A stretch of 64,000 nucleotides of DNA from an uncultured Candidatus Saccharibacteria bacterium. Its GTDB lineage: Bacteria; Patescibacteriota; Minisyncoccia; Phycocordibacterales; Zambryskibacteraceae. Where the stretch lies: assembly GCA_964349945.1 (NCBI GenBank), contig CAYGIH010000001.1:227718-291717 (forward strand), given 5' to 3'. Below are positions 45,908 to 56,061 of this stretch, one piece after another (positions within the stretch are counted from its first letter, which is position 1; each line of letters opens with the position of its first letter). Below the pieces are notes generated by a model. That model saw only the letters and a program-made list of their open reading frames with translations, was not told the DNA's origin and ran no database searches. Both the position numbers and the translations under genes were made by a program.

Positions 45908-47713
45908 ATGGAAATTCGTAACATAGCCATCATAGCTCACGTTGACCACGGCAAAACAACCTTGACTGATGCTTTAATGCGCCAGACAGGTATGGTTGAA
46001 GAAGGTGTGTCTATGGACTCAAACGACCTTGAAAAGGAACGTGGTATTACTATATATTCAAAGAACACTTCAATCTTTTATAAAGATACAAAAATTAACA
46101 TAGTAGATACACCCGGTCACTCTGATTTCGGTTCGGAAGTAGAACGAGTACTTCGTTCAATAGACACAGTTTTACTTGTTGTTGACGCTCAAGAAGGACC
46201 GATGCCTCAAACTCGTTTTGTGTTAAAAAAATCTCTTGAGCTCGGACTTAAGCCGATTGTTGTTATAAACAAAATTGATAAGCCTGCAGCTAGACCTGAA
46301 ATAGTGCATGAAATGGTATTAGAGTTATTCCTCGAACTTGGAGCCAACAATGAACAAATAGATTTCCCTACTGTTTATGCCATAGGTCGAGAAGGTGTGG
46401 CTAAGAAAAATTTATCTGATGAATTCCCTACAGGTTCAAACGGTCTTGCCCCTTTATTGGACGTAGTTCTAGATCACGTTCCTCCTGCTCCACAAAATAC
46501 CGAAGCAGTAGTTCGTCTCCAACCTTTTAACCTCGCATATGATAACTTTCTCGGTCGTTTAGCTATTGCCCGTGTTTATGAAGGAACAATCAAAAATGGT
46601 CAAGAAGTTTGGGTAAAAAAACCAGATGGGAAAACTTATAAAGGCAAAATTACTAAATTATTCACATTTGAGGGAATAAAGAGAATTGAAAATGAGTTCG
46701 CCATAGCAGGAGACATTTGTATGGTAGCTGGATTATCAGAAATTTATATTGGTGATACTATCGGCGGTTCTGACTCCATAGAGGCCCTTCCTGCTATTAA
46801 TGTAGATGAACCAACTATTTCCTTAAACTTCTTTGTGAATGACTCTCCTTTCGCTGGAAAAGAAGGTAAATATGTGACTGGTCGACAGATACGAGAGCGA
46901 TTAGAGCGAGAGCTTGAAGTAAACGTTGGTCTAAAGGTGGATTTTTCATCTACAGATGAGCTAACGGTCTATGGTCGTGGTGAACTACACATTGCTATTC
47001 TTCTTGAGAACATGCGACGTGAAGGTTTTGAGGTTCAGGTGTCTCAACCACATGTAATCATTAAAGAAGAAAATGGTAAAAAACAAGAGCCATATGAAGA
47101 AGTAGTCATTGATGTACCAGAGGAGGCCAGTGGTGGAGTTATTTCTAAACTAACAGAAAGACGTGCGATTCTAATGGACATGAAAACAGAGCATGGACAA
47201 ACACGCCTTATACTCGAAGCCCCTACTCGTGGACTACTTGGATATCGTGGACAATTCGTGGTGGACACTCGAGGATTGGGCATATTCTCATCTCGCTTCA
47301 CAAACTTCAAGGATTATGCTGGAGAAATCAAACATAAACATGTAGGTGCCATGGTCTCAATGGAAAACGGAAAGGTCTTGGCCTTCTCACTCGATAACCT
47401 CCAACAACGAGGAGTATTATACATCTCTCCAGGTACTGAAATTTATGAAGGTCAAGTAATAGGCAATACTTCAAAGGGTGAAGATTTGTATGTAAACCCA
47501 ACCAAAGGCAAACAGCTGACAAACATGCGTGCTTCAGGTACTGATGATGGTATTTTCTTGGTGCCAGCTTGGACACTTACTATAGAGCGAGCCATGGAAA
47601 TTATGAACGAAGATGAATATATTGAAATCACACCAACTTCAACCAGATTGCGTAAGCAACATTTAACTCAACAAGAACGTTCAAAGGCACTCAGAAAAGA
47701 TTTGAAGCTATAA
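45908..47713 (+). CDS. typA: Translational GTPase TypA/BipA
   Basis: 'IRNIAIIAHVDHGKTTLTDALM' G1 motif and 'DTPGHSDF' motif; EF-G-like domains. Start moved to the ATG at 45908 (the track ORF extends 10 codons upstream). Confidence 0.9.
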   Translation: MEIRNIAIIAHVDHGKTTLTDALMRQTGMVEEGVSMDSNDLEKERGITIYSKNTSIFYKDTKINIVDTPGHSDFGSEVERVLRSIDTVLLVVDAQEGPMPQTRFVLKKSLELGLKPIVVINKIDKPAARPEIVHEMVLELFLELGANNEQIDFPTVYAIGREGVAKKNLSDEFPTGSNGLAPLLDVVLDHVPPAPQNTEAVVRLQPFNLAYDNFLGRLAIARVYEGTIKNGQEVWVKKPDGKTYKGKITKLFTFEGIKRIENEFAIAGDICMVAGLSEIYIGDTIGGSDSIEALPAINVDEPTISLNFFVNDSPFAGKEGKYVTGRQIRERLERELEVNVGLKVDFSSTDELTVYGRGELHIAILLENMRREGFEVQVSQPHVIIKEENGKKQEPYEEVVIDVPEEASGGVISKLTERRAILMDMKTEHGQTRLILEAPTRGLLGYRGQFVVDTRGLGIFSSRFTNFKDYAGEIKHKHVGAMVSMENGKVLAFSLDNLQQRGVLYISPGTEIYEGQVIGNTSKGEDLYVNPTKGKQLTNMRASGTDDGIFLVPAWTLTIERAMEIMNEDEYIEITPTSTRLRKQHLTQQERSKALRKDLKL

Positions 47714-48457
47714 AAAATATTCCCCTACTCTGGTGCGTTTTATCCAAAAAGCTATGGCTTCACTTCCAAAGTATTTACCCATTTCATTAGCTAATCCGCG
47801 TATATATGTGCCACTACTGACACTTGCATTAAATTTTGATATGAGAAAGTTTTCTTCTCCTGATTGTTTTATTGCATCATTCCATTTTCCCAATATTTCC
47901 TGTTGACGAAAATCTCCTTTTACTAAACTAACTCTAGTGTGGATCTCATTAAGTAATTCTTGTTTTGAAACAAGTCTAGAATCAACATGATTTATAGAGA
48001 AAATTTTAATTCCTCTTTCTGGTACATCAATTTCTTCAATTCTATTTTCTCTTGCCCATTCAAATAATGGTTTACCATTAACTGTTTTTGATGAATATGG
48101 AGGATAAGATTGATTTTTCTTTTCTCTAATAGTATCCAAAAGACTTGGCATTCTTTCCTCAATTCTTTTTGGAGTAACACCTGTACCAATTGTAACTAAA
48201 CCTAAAATATCATAAGTATCTGTTCCAAATCCCCAAAGAATTTCAAATTCGTATGTTTTATCCATAGACAAATACACTTCCTTCTCCTTTGTATTATGAG
48301 CAAGCACCAATAGTAATCCTTCAGCCAAGGGATCAAGACGCCCCAAATAAGTCATTTTAGTTTCCTTATACGTAGGATTATCCAGTCTAAACCGCTCGAT
48401 ACACTCAAGTGGGGTTTCTCCGAGCTGTTTATATAAGGTTAAAACTTTAGTTTCCAT
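47708..48457 (-). CDS. truB: tRNA pseudouridine(55) synthase TruB
   Basis: 'LGRLDPLAEGLLLV' catalytic Asp motif. Confidence 0.85.
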   Translation of the reverse strand: METKVLTLYKQLGETPLECIERFRLDNPTYKETKMTYLGRLDPLAEGLLLVLAHNTKEKEVYLSMDKTYEFEILWGFGTDTYDILGLVTIGTGVTPKRIEERMPSLLDTIREKKNQSYPPYSSKTVNGKPLFEWARENRIEEIDVPERGIKIFSINHVDSRLVSKQELLNEIHTRVSLVKGDFRQQEILGKWNDAIKQSGEENFLISKFNASVSSGTYIRGLANEMGKYFGSEAIAFWIKRTRVGEYFL

Positions 48458-48493
48458 GCAATGCTTAACCCAATATAGATAATTTGCTATACT

Positions 48494-49573
48494 TTGTCCA
48501 TGTCAAACAAACTAAGTACAGATTCATATAAGGGGGTTCGAGATTTTTACCCAGAAGACCAATTCGTTCAAAACTACATTTTTGGAGTTTGGAAGAAGAC
48601 TGCAGAAAGTTTTGGTTATGTTGAATATGGAGCATCTATCCTCGAACCTTCAGAGATTTATAAAGAGAAATCAGGTGAAGAAATAGTGAACGAGCAGACA
48701 TTCACTTTCATAGACAGAGGAGAAAGAGAGGTGACACTCAGGCCCGAAATGACACCTACAGTGGCTCGTATGGTAGCAGCGCATAAACGAGAGCTCGGAT
48801 TTCCTCTTCGTTGGTATTCTGTTCCTAATTTATTTCGCTATGAAGCGCCGCAAAGAGGTCGACTAAGAGAGCACTGGCAATTGAACGTAGATATATTTGG
48901 CTCTGGGGCACTTGAAGCAGATGTAGAAATAATAAATATTGCATATAGAATAATGTGCAATTTTGGGGCAAAGGATAGTGACTTTGAAATTAGATTAAAC
49001 AGTCATTCTAATAATGATGATTTAAACAAAGTCGTCTCAGCTCTGCGAGGGTTAGGTATTAATAATACTAAAATTGATGAAACCTTGGCTCGCGGACAGG
49101 CATACTATACAGGAGTGGTTTTTGAATTCTTTGATACTGATCCTGCGAACCCTCGTTCAATTCTTGGTGGTGGAAGATATGATAATCTCATAGATTTATT
49201 TTCTAGTGATAATGTCCCCGCTGTTGGCTTTGGAGCTGGTGACGTAACAATCAAGGATTTCCTTATAACTCACAATCTTTTACCTTCATTTAATTCAACT
49301 ACAAGCCTATATATCGCTTTATTATCTACTGACTTTATTCAATACGCAGGAGAGATGGCTGACACCCTAAGACAAAATGGAGTAAATGTTGAGATAGATT
49401 TTAGTGGACGCAAGGTTGGCGATCAGATTAAAACTGCCGACAAACACAAAATACCGTTTTTGATTGTTATTGGTGACGAGGAAATTAATTCCAATACCTT
49501 TAAACTCAAAGATCTCAGAACTGGAGAGGAAAAGCAGGTGACCGCAAACGAAATCCCAACATGCGTAAAATAG
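48494..49573 (+). CDS. hisS: Histidyl-tRNA synthetase (compact, 359 aa)
   Basis: 'GVRDFYPED' motif, motif-2-like 'FRYEAPQRGRLREHWQLNVDIFG'. C-terminal anticodon-binding domain ('IPFLIVIGDEEI'). Confidence 0.8.
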   Translation: MSMSNKLSTDSYKGVRDFYPEDQFVQNYIFGVWKKTAESFGYVEYGASILEPSEIYKEKSGEEIVNEQTFTFIDRGEREVTLRPEMTPTVARMVAAHKRELGFPLRWYSVPNLFRYEAPQRGRLREHWQLNVDIFGSGALEADVEIINIAYRIMCNFGAKDSDFEIRLNSHSNNDDLNKVVSALRGLGINNTKIDETLARGQAYYTGVVFEFFDTDPANPRSILGGGRYDNLIDLFSSDNVPAVGFGAGDVTIKDFLITHNLLPSFNSTTSLYIALLSTDFIQYAGEMADTLRQNGVNVEIDFSGRKVGDQIKTADKHKIPFLIVIGDEEINSNTFKLKDLRTGEEKQVTANEIPTCVK

Positions 49574-50136
49574 TTTTTGATATAGAAACAAAAAATGTCT
49601 TTGCAGATGTGGGTAAAAATGATCCTTCACTATTAGACATATCTGTTGTTTGTATTCATGATTCGGAAACCGATTCATATTCTTCGTATTTAGAAGAAGA
49701 TTTACCAAAACTTTGGCCAATACTTGAAAGGGCTGACATGCTCATAGGGTACAACTCTGATCATTTTGACATACCACTACTAAACAAATATTATCCTGGT
49801 GATTTAACCAAAATTAAATCCTTGGATATCCTTAAAGAAATACAAAAATCATTTGGTCGCCGTATGAAACTTGACCAAATTGCTGAAGGCACATTAGGAA
49901 AGAATAAAACAGGTCATGGCTTTGATGCGATAACCTGGTGGAAAAAAGGTGAAATAGATAAGATAATTAAATACTGTCTTGAAGATGTGAAGATAACTAA
50001 AGAAGTATATGAATATGCCAGAGCAAATAATAAACTAATTTTCAAAGAAGGAGGGGTTATGAATGATATTAAGCTTGATACTTCAGGCTGGGAGGAACCA
50101 AAAGAAAATAAATTAACCTTTACTCTACCTTTTTAG
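49561..50136 (+). CDS. Stand-alone DEDD 3'-5' exonuclease related to the PolB exonuclease domain
   Basis: Exo I 'FDIET', Exo II 'YNSDHFDIPLL' (PolB-type YN..FD), Exo III 'YCLEDVKITKEVY'. Confidence 0.65.
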   Translation: MRKIVFDIETKNVFADVGKNDPSLLDISVVCIHDSETDSYSSYLEEDLPKLWPILERADMLIGYNSDHFDIPLLNKYYPGDLTKIKSLDILKEIQKSFGRRMKLDQIAEGTLGKNKTGHGFDAITWWKKGEIDKIIKYCLEDVKITKEVYEYARANNKLIFKEGGVMNDIKLDTSGWEEPKENKLTFTLPF

Positions 50137-50930
50137 AAAAAATATAATATTAGAACAGCAAGGCCAATACGATACCAGATAAATATATAAAGTTTGTGAG
50201 TTTTTAAATACTGTATCAAAAAGTGAATGGATGCTAACCCCACGGTAAATGAGACTAGAAAGCCTATACCCAGAGGGAGTGAACCAATCGACGCTATCTC
50301 ACCCGCTCTATAAACTTCCATAAAGGATTTTAAGCCCGCTCCAACAATAATTGGGAAGGATAGTAAGAAGCTAAATCTAGTTGCCATCTCTCGAGTTAAA
50401 CCTAAAAATAATCCACCAGAAATAGTTGCGCCAGAACGAGATACACCAGGCACAAGAGCTAAACTTTGAAACAAACCAATAATAAATCCCTTACCTGTGC
50501 TTAAAATTTTATTTTGCCTTGCATATTTCTCTGCCAAAAACATTAATAACGATCCAGCCAGAAGTGACCAGGCCACTAGATGAGCACTCCTAAACGTAGT
50601 TTCCATATATTTCTCTACATAGAGTCCAATTATTACAGCAGGTATAGTGCTTATAATAATTGCTTGAATCATAATTTTATCTTCATTTGCAACAATTTTC
50701 CTAAGACCCATCCTTATAAATACCTTGAAAAGATGACATAAATCAGACCAAAAATATACTAAAACAGCCAAAATTGTCGCAGATTGAAAAATAGCATCAA
50801 CACTGAGACTTTCTATACCTTGAATATTTAATATTTTATGGCTCAAAATTAAATGGCCAGAGGAAGATATAGGAATAAATTCTGTTGCCCCTTCCACAAT
50901 GCCTAAAATTATGGCGTGCCAAACTGACAT
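50133..50930 (-). CDS. uppP: Undecaprenyl-diphosphatase UppP (BacA)
   Basis: 'PGVSRSGATISGGLFLGLTRE' BacA signature. Polytopic. Confidence 0.88.
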   Translation of the reverse strand: MSVWHAIILGIVEGATEFIPISSSGHLILSHKILNIQGIESLSVDAIFQSATILAVLVYFWSDLCHLFKVFIRMGLRKIVANEDKIMIQAIIISTIPAVIIGLYVEKYMETTFRSAHLVAWSLLAGSLLMFLAEKYARQNKILSTGKGFIIGLFQSLALVPGVSRSGATISGGLFLGLTREMATRFSFLLSFPIIVGAGLKSFMEVYRAGEIASIGSLPLGIGFLVSFTVGLASIHFLIQYLKTHKLYIFIWYRIGLAVLILYFF

Positions 50931-50987
50931 ATTTACATTTTAGCATACGTGATATAATTCACTGCATACAAATTAATTTTTAGAATA

Positions 50988-51716
50988 ATGATTAAAAAAG
51001 ACAATCCATTAGTTGTTCCAATATCTATAATTATTGCTGGCGGACTTATTGCCATTGCAATATATTTAGGTGGAAAGAGTAACCAACAATATGCAGCCGC
51101 CCCTACAAATAACAACCAACAACAGCAACAACAGCAACCACAACAACCACAACAACCAAATGGACAAGTGGCTCCTGTTACTGATAAAGATAATATTGTT
51201 GGAAGCAGGGATGCCAAGGTTATCATTGTGGAATATTCCGATTCTGAATGTCCTTTCTGTAGATCATTCCATAAAACTATGCTTCAAGTAGTAAAGGAAT
51301 ATAAACCAAGTGAAGTAGCTTGGGTTTATAGACAATTCCCTATTGCCCAGCTTCACCCAAATGCACCTAAGCAGTCAGAAGCAATGTATTGTGCGAACGA
51401 TCTCGGAGGAAACAAGGGCTTTTGGTCATTTACAAATAGACTCTTTGAAGTTGCTGGAGCAGGTGGACCATTAGATATGAATGAACTCCCTAAGATTGCT
51501 AGTTTTGCTGGTCTCGATACAGATGCATTTAATCAATGCCTATCAAGCGGTAAGTTTACTAAGGCTGTTCAAGATGCAGTGAGTGCAGCAGGCGCAGCAG
51601 GAGCACAAGGAACTCCATACTCAGTAGCTATTAGTAAGTCAGGACAGCAACTTGTTATCAGTGGCGCCCAACCATTTGAACAAGTAAAGTCAACAATTGA
51701 TTCTCTACTAAAATAA
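50988..51716 (+). CDS. DsbA-like thiol:disulfide oxidoreductase with N-terminal TM anchor and Gln/Pro-rich linker
   Basis: 'CPFC' CxxC active site in a thioredoxin fold. 'NNNQQQQQQQPQQPQQPNG' linker encoded by a CAA/CAG/CCA-rich repeat. Confidence 0.75.
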   Translation: MIKKDNPLVVPISIIIAGGLIAIAIYLGGKSNQQYAAAPTNNNQQQQQQQPQQPQQPNGQVAPVTDKDNIVGSRDAKVIIVEYSDSECPFCRSFHKTMLQVVKEYKPSEVAWVYRQFPIAQLHPNAPKQSEAMYCANDLGGNKGFWSFTNRLFEVAGAGGPLDMNELPKIASFAGLDTDAFNQCLSSGKFTKAVQDAVSAAGAAGAQGTPYSVAISKSGQQLVISGAQPFEQVKSTIDSLLK

Positions 51717-51718
51717 AA

Positions 51719-53227
51719 TTGGAAAACAAAAAGCAAGTTATTCTATCTAAAACTAATTACATTCTCTACAGAGATTGTCCGAAGAATACTTGGCTCAAAA
51801 TCCATAAACCAGACGTTTACTTCAAGTCAGAGCTTTCTGATTTTGAAAAATCAATTATAGAAACAGGAAACGAAGTAGAATTAGAAGCTAGAAAACTGTT
51901 CCCTACTGGTGTTCTCATCGAAGGACGTGATGAAGACGCTCAAAAATTAACGGCAGATTATATTAGAGAAAAACAGCCAACATTCTTTCAGGCTGTTTTT
52001 TCTATTAATGACTATCTGGCAGCTACAGACATTTTGAAATTTCATCCAGAAACTAATTCGTATTCTATATACGAAGTGAAAGCTTCAAATAGTGTAGATT
52101 TAAAGGTTCATATTCATGACCTGGCCTTTCAGGTTAATGTCTTACGACAAGTTGGGTTAACAGTCACAAGTGCCGTTGTTATCCATTTGAATCCAGAATA
52201 TGTAAGAGATGGAGAACTTGAGATTACTAAGCTCTTTCAGGAAACAAATGTTACTAAACAGGTCGAAGAAATTTCTATGGAGGTTTGGGATGAAATGAAT
52301 TTTGCCTTAAAGTATTTGAGAGATGAGAATGAACCCACTGGTCCATGTTCATGTCTACGCAAGGGCCGTTCGAAACACTGCACTACATTCCACTACTCAA
52401 ACCCTCAAGTACCTGATTATAGTGTCCATGATATAGCCAGAATTGGTTTGAGTAAGGTTAAACTTACTGAGCTTGTTGACTCAAACATCTTTCACATCAA
52501 AGATGTGCCTAGAGAATTTGAACTATCAGAAACCCAGAGAAATCAAATTGATTCATATGTTTTCGACAGAGTTATAATTGACCATGACAAAATCAAAGAA
52601 GAATTTGAAGATTTAGTGTTCCCTCTTTATTTCCTAGACTATGAGACCTTCCCCGCTGCCATACCACGCTTCGATGGATTTTCACCCTATCAGCAAATTC
52701 CCTTTCAATATTCTCTACATGTTGTAGACAAGCCAGAAAGTGAGCCAAAACATTTTGAATTTCTCTATACAGAAAACGGTGACCCTAGTCACTCCTTTGT
52801 AGAGTCAATGCAAAAACACATAGGTAAAGTTGGAAGTATAATTGTCTGGCACAAAAGTTTTGAATGTAGCAGAAATAAGGAATTAGCCACAAGAATACCC
52901 GAAGCAAAAAGTTTCTTAAATGACATTAATAACCGCACTTATGACCTTGAGGATATCTTCAAGAAGCAATACCATGTCCACAAAGACTACAAAGGTAGTA
53001 GCTCTATCAAGAAAGTTTTACCAGTTCTTGCTCCAGATTTGTCATATAAGAACCTAGAAATCCAAGAAGGCGGCAGCGCAACTCAAGCATGGAACAAAGT
53101 TGTCACTGCAGAATTAGAACCATTTGAACGGGAAACAATTATAGATAACCTTAAAAACTATTGTAAGTTAGATACTTACGCCATGTATGCTATTTGGAGA
53201 GAACTCAATAGTCTAATATCCTCTTAG
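51719..53227 (+). CDS. PD-(D/E)xK (Cas4/RecB-like) nuclease fused to a C-terminal DUF2779-type RNase-H-like exonuclease domain
   Basis: N-terminal '[10 protein letters not shown]' followed by 'IYEVKAS' ExK core. Central Cys cluster '[12 protein letters not shown]'. C-terminal 'LYFLDYETF' and '[13 protein letters not shown]' DEDD-like motifs. Confidence 0.6.
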   Translation: MENKKQVILSKTNYILYRDCPKNTWLKIHKPDVYFKSELSDFEKSIIETGNEVELEARKLFPTGVLIEGRDEDAQKLTADYIREKQPTFFQAVFSINDYLAATDILKFHPETNSYSIYEVKASNSVDLKVHIHDLAFQVNVLRQVGLTVTSAVVIHLNPEYVRDGELEITKLFQETNVTKQVEEISMEVWDEMNFALKYLRDENEPTGPCSCLRKGRSKHCTTFHYSNPQVPDYSVHDIARIGLSKVKLTELVDSNIFHIKDVPREFELSETQRNQIDSYVFDRVIIDHDKIKEEFEDLVFPLYFLDYETFPAAIPRFDGFSPYQQIPFQYSLHVVDKPESEPKHFEFLYTENGDPSHSFVESMQKHIGKVGSIIVWHKSFECSRNKELATRIPEAKSFLNDINNRTYDLEDIFKKQYHVHKDYKGSSSIKKVLPVLAPDLSYKNLEIQEGGSATQAWNKVVTAELEPFERETIIDNLKNYCKLDTYAMYAIWRELNSLISS

Positions 53228-54457
53228 ACGGTTTATTTTATCGTGCTGACGAATCTTCTCATGAGCCTTGGCTTCGATTTGTCGAATACGCTCTCGAGTG
53301 ACACCAAAGACTTTTCCCACTTCCTCTAGTGTATGAGTATATCCATCAAGGAGGCCGTGGCGCATTTCAAGAATTTTACGTTCCTTTGGAGGAAGATCAT
53401 TAAGGATTTCTCTCACTTGGTCCTGAATAATTCTACGAGAGGATTCCATATCTGGAGAAAGAATTTTGTCATCAGCGATGAAATCTCCGAGCTTGCTCTT
53501 ATCATCTCCGTCATCCCCCACTGGGTTCTCCAAAGATACAGTTGATTGATCAATCTTTTCAATTTGATAAATCTTATCTACATCAAGGTTCATCTCTGTG
53601 GCAATTTCCTCCTGTAGAGGCTCACGACCCAAATCTTGTGTTAAACGTCTTACAACTTGTTTATATTTAGCAATAGTTTCCACCATATGCACTGGCACGC
53701 GGATAGTCCTAGATTGGTCGGCCAAAGCACGTGTAATAGCCTGTCTAATCCACCAAGTGGCGTAAGTAGAGAACTTATAGCCCTTTGTCCAATCAAACTT
53801 GTCTACGGCCTTAAATAGCCCCAAATTACCCTCTTGGATGAGGTCTAGGAGAGTTAGATCAGGTGAACGGTTAGCGTATTTCTTGGCTATAGAGACAACC
53901 AAACGGAGGTTAGCCTTGGCTAGGAGGTTTTTAGCATCCTCATCTCCGGCTTCAATTCTCTTTGCCAGTTCCTTCTCCATATTCCCAGAAATAAGTGGGT
54001 ACTGCCCAATTTCCTTGAGATACATTTGGATAGAATCGTATGCAGAATCAGACTTTCCATAAGAATATTTTTTACCTGTTTCCTCTACGGGCATTTCTAG
54101 TAATCCTCCACTTTCAAGTACATCAATGCCTAATATGTGAAGTTTGGTGTATAGCTCGTCTAAGAAAATAATATCATTTTCAATAGTTGGAAATTCCTTT
54201 AATATTTCATCATAAGTAACAAATCCTTTTTCTTTACCCCTTGATGTTAGCTTATTAAGCTTATGTAGAATATCCAAATCTTTTTTAGAAGTAGAAACCT
54301 TTTTAGTTTTCTCAACTTTTTTTGAAACCTTTTTGGCTTTAACTTTTTTAACAACTTTTTTCTTTATGCTTTTTGCCTTTTTGGAAACCCTTTTAGCCAA
54401 CTTTTTAGCGGGCTTGGTTTTCTTATTCAACTTTTTTATTTTTTTATTTTTGGGCAT
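53213..54457 (-). CDS. rpoD: Primary RNA polymerase sigma factor RpoD with Lys-rich (histone-H1-like) N-terminal extension
   Basis: Region 2 '[40 protein letters not shown]'. Region 4 '[22 protein letters not shown]'. N-terminal about 55 aa is K/A/V-rich. Confidence 0.93.
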   Translation of the reverse strand: MPKNKKIKKLNKKTKPAKKLAKRVSKKAKSIKKKVVKKVKAKKVSKKVEKTKKVSTSKKDLDILHKLNKLTSRGKEKGFVTYDEILKEFPTIENDIIFLDELYTKLHILGIDVLESGGLLEMPVEETGKKYSYGKSDSAYDSIQMYLKEIGQYPLISGNMEKELAKRIEAGDEDAKNLLAKANLRLVVSIAKKYANRSPDLTLLDLIQEGNLGLFKAVDKFDWTKGYKFSTYATWWIRQAITRALADQSRTIRVPVHMVETIAKYKQVVRRLTQDLGREPLQEEIATEMNLDVDKIYQIEKIDQSTVSLENPVGDDGDDKSKLGDFIADDKILSPDMESSRRIIQDQVREILNDLPPKERKILEMRHGLLDGYTHTLEEVGKVFGVTRERIRQIEAKAHEKIRQHDKINRLRGY

Positions 54458-54468
54458 TTATGTATATA

Positions 54469-56061
54469 TTATACGAGTTTTCGTTTCTCCACATCTCTTT
54501 TCTTATCTATAGCATGAATTTTTCTATTTATCTCCTCATCATCACCTCCACTATGCAACTCATCTACTAATCCTTGCCGTTCTTCATCTAGAACGGCAAT
54601 ATTTAGACGAATCTTGAGTTCTTCTTCCTCTTTTATTAAAGCTTCCAATTCTTTTGACTCAGGAGCAAACTCCTTTTGCCATTCTAGAACTTCTTGCAAA
54701 CGGGCTTCAATTTTTTCCCTTGGAGAAACTATGAGTGAAGAAATTTCTTCTGTTTCTATATTACTTTCAACAAGATTCTCAATCTGAACACTTTTTACCT
54801 TTCTCAAATCGTCCCAAATTATTTCTTCTTTTATTCCTGATTTTTTTGAAATCAAAGAAATAAAATGTGATTTCTCAATCGTGCTCTCGATTAAACTCAC
54901 AAGTGGCAAGATATTTCTTTCTATTAGTTTGCCAACTTTTCTTTTGTCCTTCTCCTCTCTAATAATTCTATCTAACGCATACTCTATTGCATGCTTTGCC
55001 TCTCTAAGAATGTCCTTCCAACTATCTGGTGACTTATTAGCTTGATCTGCGGGGTCACTTCCATCTGGGAGCTTTGCTATCTTTACCTCCATTCCTATAG
55101 ATAGTCCCAAAACAGCACTTTTTTCAGCAGCCTTTTCTCCAGCCATATCCCCATCAAAGGCAAGTAACACTCTATTTGAAAGCTTTTTAAGTCTTTCTAA
55201 ATGCTCCCTAGTAAAGGCTGTGCCAGATGAAGCCACTGTATTCTTGACTCCAACCTGATGAGACAGAACCAAATCAATCTGTCCTTCTACTAAGACAGAG
55301 TAATTCTTCTTGCGAATTTCATCTTTGGCCTTATCTAAACCATATAAAACTTCGCTTTTGTTAAAGAGTACTGTCTCCGGGGTATTTAGATACTTTGCCA
55401 AAGCATCTTTCTCCAAAGATCTACCAGAAAACGCGATAACCCTACCTGTTGAATCAAAGATTGGGAAGATAATACGGTTTCTAAAAACATCGTAAGCCTC
55501 TTTGCCCAAATCTTCTCCTTGTTTAATGAGTCCGGCCTTCAATAGTAATTCTTTGGAGTACCCAAGTGACTTGAGATACTCAAACGCGCTCCGCCACTCA
55601 TCGAGGGCGAATCCTAATCTCCATTCTTTGATTGATTCTGAATTAATACCTCTGGATTTTAAATATTCCAAGGATAATTCACTGTTTTTTAAGTTATCTT
55701 CAAAGAATAGAGTGACAGCGTTTAAGACTTCATAGAGCTTTTCTTTCTCTTCTTTTGATTCACCACTTTTACCCCTGTATTCCTCAAGTTCCACTCCCGC
55801 TCTTTCGGCCAAAGATTTTAAAGCGGTTTTAAAATCCACACCTTCCATCTCTTGAACAAAAGTAAATATGTCACCTTTAGCTCCACAACCAAAACAATAA
55901 TATCCTTGACGGTTTTGAGACACTGAAAAAGATGCTGTTTTCTCGTTGTGGAACGGACATTTACCCTTATAGTTTTTGCCCGCTTTCTCGAGTTTAATGT
56001 AGGAACCTAATACTTCGACTATATCTAGTCGATCTTTGATGGTGTCGACTGTTCCTCGCAT
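54469..56061 (-). CDS. dnaG: DNA primase DnaG
   Basis: CHC2 zinc finger 'CPFHNEKTASFSVSQNRQGYYCFGCG'. TOPRIM domain ('EGQIDLVLSHQ', 'LAFDGDMAG'). Confidence 0.92.
   Translation of the reverse strand: MRGTVDTIKDRLDIVEVLGSYIKLEKAGKNYKGKCPFHNEKTASFSVSQNRQGYYCFGCGAKGDIFTFVQEMEGVDFKTALKSLAERAGVELEEYRGKSGESKEEKEKLYEVLNAVTLFFEDNLKNSELSLEYLKSRGINSESIKEWRLGFALDEWRSAFEYLKSLGYSKELLLKAGLIKQGEDLGKEAYDVFRNRIIFPIFDSTGRVIAFSGRSLEKDALAKYLNTPETVLFNKSEVLYGLDKAKDEIRKKNYSVLVEGQIDLVLSHQVGVKNTVASSGTAFTREHLERLKKLSNRVLLAFDGDMAGEKAAEKSAVLGLSIGMEVKIAKLPDGSDPADQANKSPDSWKDILREAKHAIEYALDRIIREEKDKRKVGKLIERNILPLVSLIESTIEKSHFISLISKKSGIKEEIIWDDLRKVKSVQIENLVESNIETEEISSLIVSPREKIEARLQEVLEWQKEFAPESKELEALIKEEEELKIRLNIAVLDEERQGLVDELHSGGDDEEINRKIHAIDKKRDVEKRKLV

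Noticed and set aside
50933-51226. 97-aa ORF with a poly-Cys run (CCGCCGCCCCCC)
   Set aside because: Antisense of the CAA/CAG-rich linker of the DsbA-like gene; an artefact of the repeat.
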